A stretch of 64,000 nt of DNA from the human T2T-CHM13v2.0 reference genome, Homo sapiens. The notes under the pieces were generated by a model, which saw only the letters and a list, made by a program, of their open reading frames with translations, did not search any database and had not been told where the DNA came from. Location of the stretch: NCBI RefSeq assembly GCF_009914755.1, contig NC_060926.1. The stretch is one strand, 5' to 3'. The translations under genes were made by a program, and so were the position numbers. The first letter of the stretch is position 1. Every line of letters begins with the position of its first letter. Shown here one piece after another: positions 13,341-26,755 of the stretch.

Positions 13341-14390
13341 ACAGCTACCATATATGGTAAAAGCAGACTACAATGTGACTAAATAAAATCATTTTTTGCC
13401 AGAACCTTTCATCATTCTTGGCCTTTTCCAGAATACTTCCTATAATAGAGAGAGTCCTTCAAATAATTTAATTACCTTTGCATACATGTCTGATTAAGGA
13501 AGATATCACCCATGCCGAAATAGAATAAAATCTAATACTATTGGATAAATACAGAACGTTGAGCCTGATGCCACGAGTTGCTTAAGACTCTGCCCCAAAT
13601 TACGCAACTACAGGCTTTTCTGACTTTGACTTCAGTTTGACTAATCAAATTTTGGGTAAGGGCTACATACACCTCATCCTATGCTTATTGCTGAAGATAT
13701 AAAAATACCTAAGATTAAGTTTTCACTTTTAAGGTAAGCAAAGCCTGTTACAAAAACAAAGGAAAACTAAAATAATATCACTATTATATAATACTTTGGG
13801 TTTCTGCTCAGAGACACAGTAAGCTGAAAAGTTATATCTAGACCCATACAACAACAAAAAAGATGGACAAATAGCAAAGATTAATGTATCTGAGAGATGA
13901 TTCTCAGAGCAATCAAATAGACTAAGATCTAAGGAGACACAAGTGTTTGCAAGGAGCAACAGGATATGATCATGTGCTTACCTGAGGAAGATGCAATGAC
14001 ATGGGACACCAGCACGAAAACTCAGAACAGGTAAAAATTGGTGAAAACTGAATGTGGGATGGTGAGAGAGTTTGTTGCTTCCAGGGACCACATGGGGGTG
14101 GCTTCATACTCTTTTGAAAGCTTATTCATAAATGTGTGTTTATTTATGGACACTAAATTGTATTACATCAATCTATATTTCCACACTTACACCAACACCA
14201 CATTGTTTTGATTAATGAATTTTGAAATTGGGAAGTTCTCCAACTTGTTTTTTTTATTTCAAGATTGTTTTGCTGTTCTTGCTTGCTTGCATATCCATAG
14301 AAATTTTAAGATGGGCTTGCCAAATTCTTGCAAAAAATAAATCTAGGGTTTTGCGTGAATTGAATTGAATCTGTAATTTATTATTATTAA

Positions 14391-14727
<337 letters not shown>

Positions 14728-15803
14728 TAGTTATATGTTCTATATTTTTTTTCAACAATGTTCTGTAGTTTTCAGAGTATAAGTTTTGTGCTTCTTTTAA
14801 GTTTATTTCTAAGTATTTTTTTCATTTTACTCTTATAATTCCATGATAAGTGGAATTTTCTCAATTTTATCTTAGTTCATGCATTGCTACTTTATAGAAA
14901 TATAATTAATTTTTACATTGATTTTATATCTTTAAATATTTCTGAATTTATTTATTAGTGCTAACAGTTTGTTTTATAAACTCCTTAGTATTTTCCATTA
15001 TATACAGGATATGTAATCTACAGGTAGACATAGTTTTGCTTCTTCCCTTCGAATCTGGCTGCCTTTTATTTCATTTCCTTGATTTATTTCTCTGACTAGA
15101 ACTGCCAAAAAATGTTGAATTAAATTTGGAAACAAATACTTGTCCTCTCCTCATTTTAGAGAGAAAGCATGTCTTTTTTCACTTTTAAGAAAAGCGTTAG
15201 CAGTGTTTTTTTTTTGTAGATGTCCTTTATCACACTGATGAAGTTCTGCTTCTCTTCCATTCTTAATTTGTTGAGGACTTTTATCAAGAAAGAGTGCTAT
15301 ATCTTGTCAATTGCTTTTTCTGTGTCTGTTAATATGATCATGTGAGTTATATCCATTATTTTATTGATGTGGTATATTACATTAATTTGATTTTCACATG
15401 TTAAACTGACCTTGCATTTCTAATACAAATCCCATTTGATCATTATATATAATTCTTTTTATATATTGCTAGATTTTACTTGCTATTAGTTAGTTGAGAA
15501 TTTTTGGATTTATATTCAAAAAGCTATTGGTCAATAGCTTTTGTTTCTTCTAAATAATTTGTCTGGTTCTTGTCTGAGGCTATTACTGGCTTTATAAAAT
15601 AAACCGAAAGTGTTATGTCTTCTATCTTTTGAAAGACCTTTTGAAGTATTGGTATTAATTCTTCTTTAAATATTTGGTAGGCTCCTCAGAGAAGCCTTCT
15701 CGTCATAGAATTGTGTTGTTATTGGAAATATTATGGATGTAAATTATAACATTTTTCTTGTGATATATCCATTCAGATTTTCTGTGTCTTGCTGGGCCAG
15801 TAG

Positions 15804-16114
<311 letters not shown>

Positions 16115-16448
16115 TAGGAAATCTAAGTTATCTAATTTGTTGTCATATACTTACTCATATTTCTCAAATTTTTTTCGCTTCTCTAAGATCATTAGTATGT
16201 CTTCTCATTCATTTCTGATTTTAGTAATGTCAGTCTTCTATTTTTTTCTTTGTCAGTCTGACTAGAGGTTTCTCAATTGTATTGATCTTTTCAAATAATC
16301 AACTGTTAGTTTCCTAGATTGTTTCCATTGTTATCTAATCAAATCTCTATTAATTTCCACTGAAGATTTTATTACCTACTTCCTTCTTTTCTTTTTGAGT
16401 TTCATTGACTTTTCTTTTTCTAGTGTCTTAGGATGAAAGTGTAGGCCA

Positions 16449-16608
16449 TTTATATATATATACACACATATATATGTATATATATACACATATGTATATA
16501 TATACACACATATATATGTATATATATACACATATGTATATATATACACACACATACACACAGTCTATTAAAATATATATAAATTAAAATAAAATAATAT
16601 ATATATAT
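16449..16608. repeat. Compound (TA)n/(CA)n microsatellite with a ~42-bp higher-order unit
   Basis: tatatatacacacatatatatgtatatatatacacatatgta occurs about twice. It lies at the tail position of the adjacent L1. Confidence 0.9.
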
Positions 16609-18170
16609 TTTAGAGCAATTTTAGGTTCACACAAAAATTGGGCAGAAAATAAGAACTTACAGAGATTTTCCATATACTGCATGCCCCAACACATGCATTG
16701 CCTTTCCCATTACGAACATCCCCCACCACAGTGGTACACTTGTTACAGCTGACGAATCTGAATTGACATTATATTAATCATTCAAAGTCCATAGTTTACA
16801 TTAGTCCACAGTTTACATTACAATTTATAATTGACACATACTCACCATTACAGTATTATACAGAGTATTATGACTGCCCTAAAAATCCTCTGTGCTCTGT
16901 CTATTCATCCCTTTTTCTTCCCAATCCATGGCAACCATTGATTTTTTCACTGTTTCCATAGTTCTGCCTTTTCCAGGATGCCATATAGTTGGAATCACAT
17001 AATACACAGCCTTTTTAGACTAGCTTATTTTACTTGAGAATATATGTTTGTGGCTCCTCCATGTGTCTTCATGGCTTTATATCTCAGTTTCTTGTAGTCC
17101 TAGGTAATATTTCATTGTGCTAATGTATCACAGTTTATTTATCCATTCACCTTCTGAAGGACATCTTGTTGCTTCTAATTTTGGCATTTATTAAGAAAGC
17201 TGCTATACACGTCTGTGTAAACATTTCTATGTGAATACATTTTTAACTTCTTTGGGTTAATACCAAGGAATACAGTTACTGGATCATATGGCAGGAGTAT
17301 ATTTAGTTTTGAGAGAAACCACCAAACTCTTACAAAGTGGCTATGCAATTTTGCATTCCCACCAGCAATAAATGAAAGTCCTTGCTGTTCCAGATCCTGA
17401 TCAGAATTTGGTGTCAGTTTTCCGGGTTTTGATCTTTCAAGCTTGCATTTTCCTGAGGGCATATAATGTGGAACACCGTTTTATATGATTATTTGTCATG
17501 CGAACATTTTCTCTGGTGAGATATTTGTTAAGCTCTTTGGTCCATTTTTAAATAGGAATGCCTCTTTTCTTACTGTTGAGTTTTAAGTGTCCCTTGAATA
17601 TTTTGGATTATAGTATTTTGCAAATATTTTCTCCCAGTCTCTTGCTTTTTTAATTCTCTTCATAATGCGTTTCACAGAGTAGAATTTTTTAATATCCATG
17701 AATTCCAGCTTCTTGGCTTCTTGTTTCTTTTATGGTTCATTCTTACATGTTATATATGTGTGTAAAGAATCATTACCAAACTGTTGGTTGTGTAGATTTT
17801 CACCTATATTATCTTCTAGGAGTTTTACAATTTGGTATTTGACAAATAAGTTTTAATCTATTTTGAGTTAGTTTTTGTAAAGAATGTATGGTCTTTGTCT
17901 AGATTCATTTTTTTTGCATGTTAAGTTGTTCCAGCATCACTTAATCAAAATATTATATTTTCTCCATTGCATTGCCTTTGTTCCACTGTCAAACATCACA
18001 TGTCTATATTCATGTGGGTCTATTTCTGGACTTTGTTCTGTTTTATTGATCTCCTTGTCTATTCTTTCACCAATATCACATTGTCTTGATTATTCTAGCA
18101 TTATAGTAAGTTTTGAGATTGGGCAGTGCCAGTCTTCCAACTATGTTCTTCTCCTTCAAATTGTGTTGGC

Positions 18171-18504
18171 TATTAGTCCATTTTCATGCTGCTAATAAAG
18201 ACATACCTGATCCTGGGCAATTTACAAAAGAAAGGGGTTTATTGGACTTATAGTTCCACATGGCTAAGGGGGTCTCACAATCATGCTGGAAGGTGAAAGG
18301 CATGTCTCACATGGTGGTGGCAAGAGAGAGAATGAGAGCCAAGTGAAACAGGTTTCCCCATATCAAACCATCAGGTCTCCTGAGACTTTTCACTACTGCA
18401 AACAGTATGGGGGAAACCACCCCCATGATTCTGTTATCTCCAACCACATCCCTCCAATAACATATGGGAGAGATTTGAGTGGGACACAGAGCCAAACAAT
18501 ATCA
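18171..18504 (-). mobile_element. THE1B/C solo LTR (ERVL-MaLR)
   Basis: tattagtccattttcatgctgctaataaagacatacc...gggacacagagccaaacaatatca. The host L1 reads ggctat and gctattctggg on either side. Confidence 0.9.
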
Positions 18505-20546
18505 GCTATTCTGGGTCTTTTGCCTCTCTAAATAATCTTTAGAATCAGTTTATCAATATTTATAAAATAACTTACTGAGATTTTGATTGGAATTACATTG
18601 AGTATATAAATTAAGTTCAGAAGAATTTACTTTCTAATAATATAGAGCTTTCCTGTCCATAAACATGCAATGTCTATTTTATAAGTTATTTGATTTTTTT
18701 ATTAGAACATTGTAGTTTTCCTCATATAGACCTTATACATATTTTCATAGACATACACTTTAAATTTTTAATTTTGGGCTGCTAATGTAAACGGTGTGTT
18801 TTAGAATTAAATTTTCACTGTCCATTGTTGGTAAATAGAAAAGTAATTGACTTTTGTATATTAACTTTTTATCCTGCAAACTTGCTGTAATTATTATTAG
18901 GTTCAAGAGCTTCTTTGTTGATTCCTTCAGATTTTCTACGTAGATTATTTGTCATTTGTAAGAAAAATCAGTGTAATTTCTTTCTTTACAATCCATATAC
19001 CATTTATTTACTTTTTATCGCATCATTGCATTAACTTGCATTTCATGTGGTTGTAAAAATCATTAGTGAGGCGGGAATCCTTTGCTTCATTCCTGATCTT
19101 ACTGGAAAAACTTGTAGTTTTCACCATTGTGACATTAGTTGTAGGTTTTTTTTTTTCCTATTCTTTAACTAGTTGAGGAACTTTTCCTCTATTCCTAGTT
19201 TACTATGAGATTTTATTCTGAATGAGCATTGGATTTTTTCCAGTTTTTTTTCTGTATCTATTGATATGATCATGTGATTTTTCTTCTTTAATTTAGCCTG
19301 TTGATGTGATGTATTACATTAATTGATTTCTGCCTTGCATACCTGTAATAAATCCCACTTGGTCATGATTTATAATTCCTTTTAAACTTTTTTCATTCAC
19401 TTTGCTAGTATTTCATTGAGGATATTAAATTTATCTTCATGGGAGAGTTGCTCTGCAGTTTTCTTTTCTATGTTTTGGTATTTGGCAGTTTCCTTTTCTA
19501 TGTTTTGGTATTAGGGTGATACTGGTCTCATAGAACAAATTAGAAAATATTTTCTTTGCTTCTAACTTCTGAAAAATGTGGTAGAGAACTGATACAATTT
19601 CTTCCTTAAATGTGTGGTAAAATGTACTAGTGAACTCACCTGGGCCTTGGGCTTCCTGGTTTTGAAGATTATTAGCGATAGCTTTTTTTTTTTTTTTTTG
19701 CTAGACTTAGGCCTATTCAGATTATCTATTTCTTCTTGTGCGAATATTGTCAGATTGTGTCTTTCCAGGAATTCGCCCACTTCATCAAGGTTATCAAATT
19801 TGTGAGTATAGAGTTATTCACAGTATTCCTTTATTATCCTTTTAATGTCTACAGTATCTATAGTAATGCTCCCTCTTTTGTTGCTGACATTAGGAATCTG
19901 TACCCTTGTTTTTCTTCTTTGCTAGCCTTGCTAGAGTTTTATTGATTTTATTCATCTTTTCAAAGAAACAGATTTTTGTTGTATTGATTTTCTCTACTGA
20001 TTTCATATTTTCAATTTTTTTGAATTCTGCTCTGATTTTTATCATTTATTTTCCTCTACTTACTTTGAATTTAATTGGCTATTTTTTCCTAGTATTATAA
20101 GGTGGAAGCTTATCTTGATTTTAAATCTTTCTTATTTTCTATTATATGCATTCAAGGTTATATAAATTTCCCTGTAAACACTGCCCTAACTGTATTCCAC
20201 ACATTTTGATAAGTTGTGTTCTTGTTTTCATTTAGTTCAAAATATATATTTTTTTAATTTTTGGATTTATTTATTCATCCATGTGTTAGTTTTACTGCTG
20301 CTGTCATTGATACTACTTACACATATACATACATAGGTATATATGTACATACATACACATACATACATTGTGAAATACAGTACAATTATTATTCAAAATG
20401 AACCGTTATGTGTTAAATCAACTAACAATAAGAAAGATTATAGGTATTCTACCTTCAGTTATTCTTTTTCTAATGTTTTTATTTTCTTTACATAGATCAA
20501 AGTTTCTGACATACATTATTTTTCTTGTCTCTAAAGGAGAACTTTC

Positions 20547-21737
20547 ACACAGAAAACTAACAAAGAAATTCTGGACTTAAACTTGACACTTGCCCAGTTG
20601 GTCTTAATAGACATCTAAAGAATACTCCACCCAACAACTACAGAATATATATTCGTCTCATCTGCAGACACAACATACTTTAAAAATGACTGCATGTTTG
20701 GTCAGAGAGTCTCAACAAATTTGGAAAAATTAAAATTATACCCAACATATTCTCAGGTCGAATGAAATGCAAATAGAAATTACTGCCAAGAGGAATTCTC
20801 AAAACCACACAAATACGTGGAAATTAAACACATTGATCCTGAATGACCTTTGTAAAGCAAGAAAATTAAGGCAAAAATCAAAAAATTATTTGAAAAAAAC
20901 AAAAATTGTGACACAGTGTAACAAAACCTGTGATATTGCAAAAGAAGTGATAAGATTTGTAGCACTAAATGCCTACATCAAGAAAATAGAAATATCTTGT
21001 TAACAACCTAACATTACACCTAAAGAAATAGAGAAAGAAGAACTAAATTCTAAATGAAGAACCCAGTTCTAGCAGAAGAAAAGAAAGAATTAAAATCAGA
21101 ACAGAACTAAGTGAAATTGAGATAAAGAAAACTATTCAAAGGATCAACAAAATGAAAAGTTTGTTTTTTGAAAGGATAAACAAAATTGATAGACTGCTAG
21201 ATAAACAAAGGAAAAAAAGAAGATCCAAATAAGCACAATCAGATATGACAAAGGTAACATTACAACTGATCTCGCAGAAATATAAAAGATCCTCAGAGAT
21301 TACTATGAACATCTCTATGCACACAACTAGAAAATCTAGAGGAAATAGATAAATTCCTGGAAATATACAACCTCCCAAGATTGAATCTGGAAGAAAAAGA
21401 CACCCTAAAGAGACCAGTAATGAGTTACAAAATTGAATAAGTAATAATAAAAAACTTACTAACCAGAAAAGCACTGGACCAGATGGATTTACAGCCAAAT
21501 TATACCAGATGTACAAAGAAGGTGTGGTATCAATCCTATTGAAACTATACATAAAAAAAAAAAAAAAAGAAACTGAGGAGGAGTGATTCCTCCCTATTCC
21601 ATTACTCATTATTCAATTCAATTATTCAGTTACTCATTCTATGGAACCAGTATTATCCTCATATCAAAACCTTCCAAAGACACAATAGGCTGGGAATGGT
21701 GGCTCACGCCTGTAATCCTAGCAACACACAAAAAAAG
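20547..21737 (+). mobile_element. Internal L1 (L1PB/L1MA-like) ORF2 fragment, endonuclease to Z-domain region
   Basis: ORF 20767-21003 (NHTNTWKLN..FVALNAYIKKIE) and ccagatggatttacagccaaattataccag are ORF2 hallmarks. No 3'UTR or poly-A. Confidence 0.9.
21688..21723 (+). mobile_element. Alu 5' head fragment (36 bp)
   Basis: ggctgggaatggtggctcacgcctgtaatcctagca. Confidence 0.85.
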
Positions 21738-21815
21738 TATTTTAACATTTTGCAAAGCATATTTACATGCATACCAATTCCTTAAATATTTCTTTGTCTG
21801 AGAAAGTTTTTATTT

Positions 21816-21978
21816 CCACTGTAGCCATCCTGTCCCAACCAAGGGGCATGGTGTGGAGTGATGAGAAACTCAGAAGCACATGTGAAACTCACACTCCAGA
21901 AGTATAGGCTCACTAAAAGTCATATATCTAATAATAAGGCTATAGAACATGTCCGTTACCTCCACCACACACCTTTTA
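21816..21978 (+). repeat. Left arm of 163-bp inverted repeat (inserted copy)
   Basis: Reverse complement of 22811-22973 with one mismatch (cacatGtg vs cacatAtg). Confidence 0.97.
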
Positions 21979-22368
21979 CTTGTGAAGGGTAACTGAAGGG
22001 TACAGAATTCTGGATTGGTGGATTTTTATTTCAACACTTTAAACATTTCAGTCCACTCTCTTCTGCTTTTATTGCTTCTGAAGAGAAGATGGGTGTAATT
22101 ATTATCTTTGCTCCTCTATAGAGATGGCATTTTTCCCCACCTCTGTCTTCTTCCAGGAATTTATTTTTTATTATTGATTTTTATAGTTTGACAATAATAT
22201 GCATAGGTATAGTTTTTTTGACACTTATCCAGATTGCTGCTCTCTAAGTTCCTTGGATCTGTGGTTTGGCTTCTGACATTAATTTGGGGAAATTTTCAGT
22301 TGTTAATGTTTCAAATACTTTTTCTATTTCTTTCTCTCTTCTTCTAATATTCTCACTATGTTTATGAT

Positions 22369-22411
22369 ACATCTTCTGTAGTTATGCCACATCTTCTGTA
22401 GTTATGCCACA
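22369..22411. repeat. Perfect 20-bp tandem duplication
   Basis: acatcttctgtagttatgcc occurs twice. Confidence 0.95.
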
Positions 22412-22810
22412 GTTTGTGGATATCTGTGGCTTTTTTTGCCTTTTTTTTTTGGTTTGCTTAATTTTGGAATTTTATATTGAGATATCATCAAACTCAGAGA
22501 TCATTTCCTCAGCCATGTCCAGTCTTCTAATGATCTCATCATAGGCATTCTTTACTTCCGTTATAGTTTCTGATCTCTAGCATTTATTTTTGGTTCTTTT
22601 AAAACTGTTTTTATCTATCTCTTTATCCATCTGTTCTTATATGCTTGGATTTTTTTATCCATCTGTTCTCATATGTGGTCTTCTTTAGTTCATAGTTGCT
22701 TTAATTCCTAGTCTGATAATTTCTACATTCCTGCAATACCTAAGTTGGTTTTTGAAGCTTTCTGTGTCTTTTTCAATTTGGGGTTTTTTTTTTCTTTTTT
22801 TTCCTCCTTT

Positions 22811-22973
22811 TAAAAGGTGTGTGGTGGAGGTAACGGACATGTTCTATAGCCTTATTATTAGATATATGACTTTTAGTGAGCCTATACTTCTGGAGTGTGA
22901 GTTTCATATGTGCTTCTGAGTTTCTCATCACTCCACACCATGCCCCTTGGTTGGGACAGGATGGCTACAGTGG
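22811..22973 (-). repeat. Right arm of 163-bp inverted repeat (native L1 5'UTR sequence)
   Basis: taaaaggtgtgtggtggagg...ggatggctacagtgg, collinear with the following L1 5'UTR. Confidence 0.97.
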
Positions 22974-23339
22974 TCTGCAGTTGGGTGTTCTTATTCCTTG
23001 TGGAAGGCTAGATGGATCTGGAATTATTTCCCTTTCCCCAGGTCAGTTAGGTTCTGAGGAAACCTCAGCACCTCAGGGTCTTGTTAAGTAACTTCTCCTG
23101 AGGGCAGATCTTGTTAAAAAGAACAGAGTGCCCTGGCATATCTGAAAATAATTCCTTTTCTTTTCCCCCTGCTGGAAGCATAAAGATATTATTTTTGCAA
23201 TATTCACTGTAAGAACCTAGTAGAGCTCCTGGAGGTGAAGCTGACAAATGTGCCCCCAGTCCCCATAACTTGTTCTCACTGAAGTTTTTAATTCCCAGAG
23301 TTCTTCACACAACTTTCAGCATTTGTCAATTACTTTTCT

Positions 23340-25300
23340 GGTAAATTTTGTTTGTTTTAAATTATTTTGTCTGATAATAGTTTAGTTTAAATTTTAATAC
23401 TTAGCTTTCTTAAAGTTAATACTTTAGCTTTCATATGGTTGCTCTTTGAATCATGTATTGCTTTCTATATTTTATTTTTAATCTGTTTGCATCTTTAAAG
23501 TTTGCTAAATCATATGTATTAGTCTGTTCTCACACTGGTATGAAGAAATACCCGAGACTGGGTAATTTACAAAGGAAAGAGGTTTAATTGACTCACAGTT
23601 TCACATAGCTAGGGAGGCCTCACGAAACTTACAGTTACGACGGAAGGCAAAGGTGAAGCAGAGACTTTCTTCACAGGGTGGCAGGATAGAGTGAGTGCAA
23701 GCAGGGGAAATGCCAGATGGTTATAAAACCATCAGATCTCATGAGAGTCACTATCATGAGAACAGCATAGGGTAAACTGCCTTCATGATCCGATTACCTC
23801 TAACTTTTCCTGAACTTGACACATGGGCATTACGGGGATTATGGGTATTACAATTCAAGATGAGATTTCAGGTGGCAGCACAGCCAAACCATATCAGCAT
23901 GTTTTTTTCTTACTTTTTAAAAATTATTTATAACGATTCTTTTATTCTTTTCTCTGTTAATTTTACTTGGCCTCTCTACTTGCATTTTTTGTAGCTTGAT
24001 TTTTTTCTGTGTATGAGTCACACAATTCTATTTCCTTATGGATTATCAACTTTTTTGTTAAAAATGAAACATTTAAATAATGTATTGCAACAACTCTGGA
24101 TACTAATTTATCTCCTACTCTCTTGGCTCATTTTTATTGTTTTGCTCCTTGTTTTTTGATTTCCCTAAACAATTTTATTAAATTCTATTTCCCTCATAGT
24201 GTGACATCTTTGGTGTTACCTCTCAGAGGGTGCAGCCTTTGGCATACACACAGTTACCCTAGAAGGACAGTGGTTTTAGCAGGATTTTTCTGAGTGTCTC
24301 TTTTTTATGATCTCCCAATAAAGCTATGTATCAAAATTGATAGTACACCATGCACACTAAGCTCTGCTAATTACCAGCTGATTGCTTTATTTTCTACAGT
24401 ACACCAGGGTATAAATTTTTCAGCAGTATGATAAAATTATGTTTGTACAGGGATAGTTTTTAAGACCAGTCTTTGAATTTGTTCTGTCCTCAGGAGGGCT
24501 CTTTTTCACTGGCGCTTCCCCTAGTTCTCTCTGGTTAACTAGGTGGCATATGGTTTACCTGATTACTTTTACAAAACAAGGGGTATTGTTTTTGAGAACA
24601 TGCCTAGACTTGAACTTCCCACAGCATGTTTCAACACTAATCGAGTTATTTAGGGAAAACCTTGACATTCCCTTTGCTTATGAACTGCTTTTCTCCCTGG
24701 CAACCTCTCTGAGACACTACTCTGGTCCCTAAGCAGTGAGGTACCCTCTGATCTTCTCATTTTGCCTTTTATGGTGTTGGACCTCTGCTCTAAGAGCAAC
24801 CTGGAGTGATGGACACCAAGACTCCAAGATTTTCAGTCCATTCCAATTGGGATAGATTCTATACTCTATGGTTAGAAGCTGGGTAGAGGAAGGTAGCCTT
24901 CAACCTCTTGACCACATTCACTAGGAATGTGGCCTCTTCAATATGGAATTGAAGGGATGAGGAATATTGATAACCCATCCCACCCAGTGAGATACAGTAA
25001 GCTTTCCTAAGGACTGAGAGGGAAGAGAGCCCCCATCTTCTTGATTATTTCCACTCACTTGGAGCCTTTATCAAGCCAGCCTGGGAAAGTCAGGGAGAAT
25101 AGGTCATGGCTCATGCATTCTCATTGTTCTTACTGATATTTAGCAGAGTTTCTGGAAATAATGTGTCTTTATTTGGATCATGCTTTTAAAACGTTTCCAG
25201 AGACTTTAAATTGTTAGTTTTTTAAAAAGTAGTATTCACCAGTTTTGCTTGTTTTACTGGAAAGTGGGTCAGGGGAGTTCTTCATGCCTGTTATCTTGAA
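23340..25300 (-). mobile_element. Old L1M 5' region (ORF2 start + 5'UTR), interrupted by THE1D
   Basis: ttttgtctgataat...agctttcatatggttgct followed by L1M4-type UTR motifs (ctcagagggtgcagcctttggcat...gacagtggttttagcagg). Confidence 0.65.
23515..23896 (-). mobile_element. THE1D solo LTR
   Basis: tgtattagtctgttctcacac...gcaggggaaatgccagatggttataaaaccatcagatctc...ccaaaccatatca, with TG..CA termini. Confidence 0.9.
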
Positions 25301-26044
25301 TGTTAATCTTTTTTAAAAAATATAAGTATATAAAGCCAAATTTTTCTTCTCTAAGCAGTACTTTAATTCTATTACAAAAAAGTGTTGCATTTTCATTTTG
25401 ATCCTATTTTCTAATTTTCCTTCTCTTTAAGATTCTGTTATTTAATTTTCAAATACTTGCAGGTTTCTATATATTTTACTGTTAATGTTTTCTATTTAAT
25501 TCCAATGTTATCAGAGATTACATTATGTATTATTTTAATTATTTTAAATTGATCTGTATTCATTTTGTGGCCTAGAAAACATTTTTTCTTACAGAAAAAT
25601 CAATGTGAATGTAAACAATTTGCTTTTTTCCATAGTTGGTTGAAGTGCTCAATAAATGTGAATTGGCTATGGCATATGATATATTGTAAAACATTTCTAT
25701 TTATTATTAACTTACCTGCTCATTCTATCAGTTATTGATATATAAATATCAGTGTGTTCAACTATGTTTGTAGATTTCTCTATTTTGTTATTAGATTTTA
25801 TTCATTTTTGTTTCATATATTTTAAAATTTTTGCATTGGCTGCAAAAATATATAGAATTGGTATTCTATTTAAACCAACTTTCTTGAAGATGGCATATAG
25901 TTACTATTTCTCTTTGTCCAGTGTCAGGTCTATGCCTTTAATTGTAGTGCTTAATATCACTAATAACTAACAATGATGTAGTGTAATATTATTTTCTTTA
26001 ATAATTATTAAGATTTGCCTTAAACTTACACTCTAATTATACAG

Positions 26045-26755
<711 letters not shown>

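Larger units (their letters stand above)
16600..23335 (-). mobile_element. L1MC1/L1MC2-like element spanning 3'UTR to 5'UTR, with internal deletions and insertions
   Basis: Diagnostic 3' end ttttagagcaattttaggttcac...aaagtccatagtttacattag...ctgccctaaaaatcctctgtgctc. Antisense ORF2 to ~20290, ORF1 at ~21740-22800 and 5'UTR to ~23335. Confidence 0.85.

Noticed and set aside
16376-16561. Repetitive YIYTYV peptide ORF
   Set aside because: It is a translation of a microsatellite.
21136-21609. Longest ORF in the window (157 aa, minus strand)
   Set aside because: It is the antisense frame of the L1 ORF2 fragment, and its hydrophobic composition reflects T-richness.
21816-22973. Inverted repeat as terminal repeats of a new DNA transposon or MITE
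   Set aside because: Arms and spacer are L1 sequence, the right arm continues seamlessly into the L1 5'UTR, and no TSD flanks the pair.
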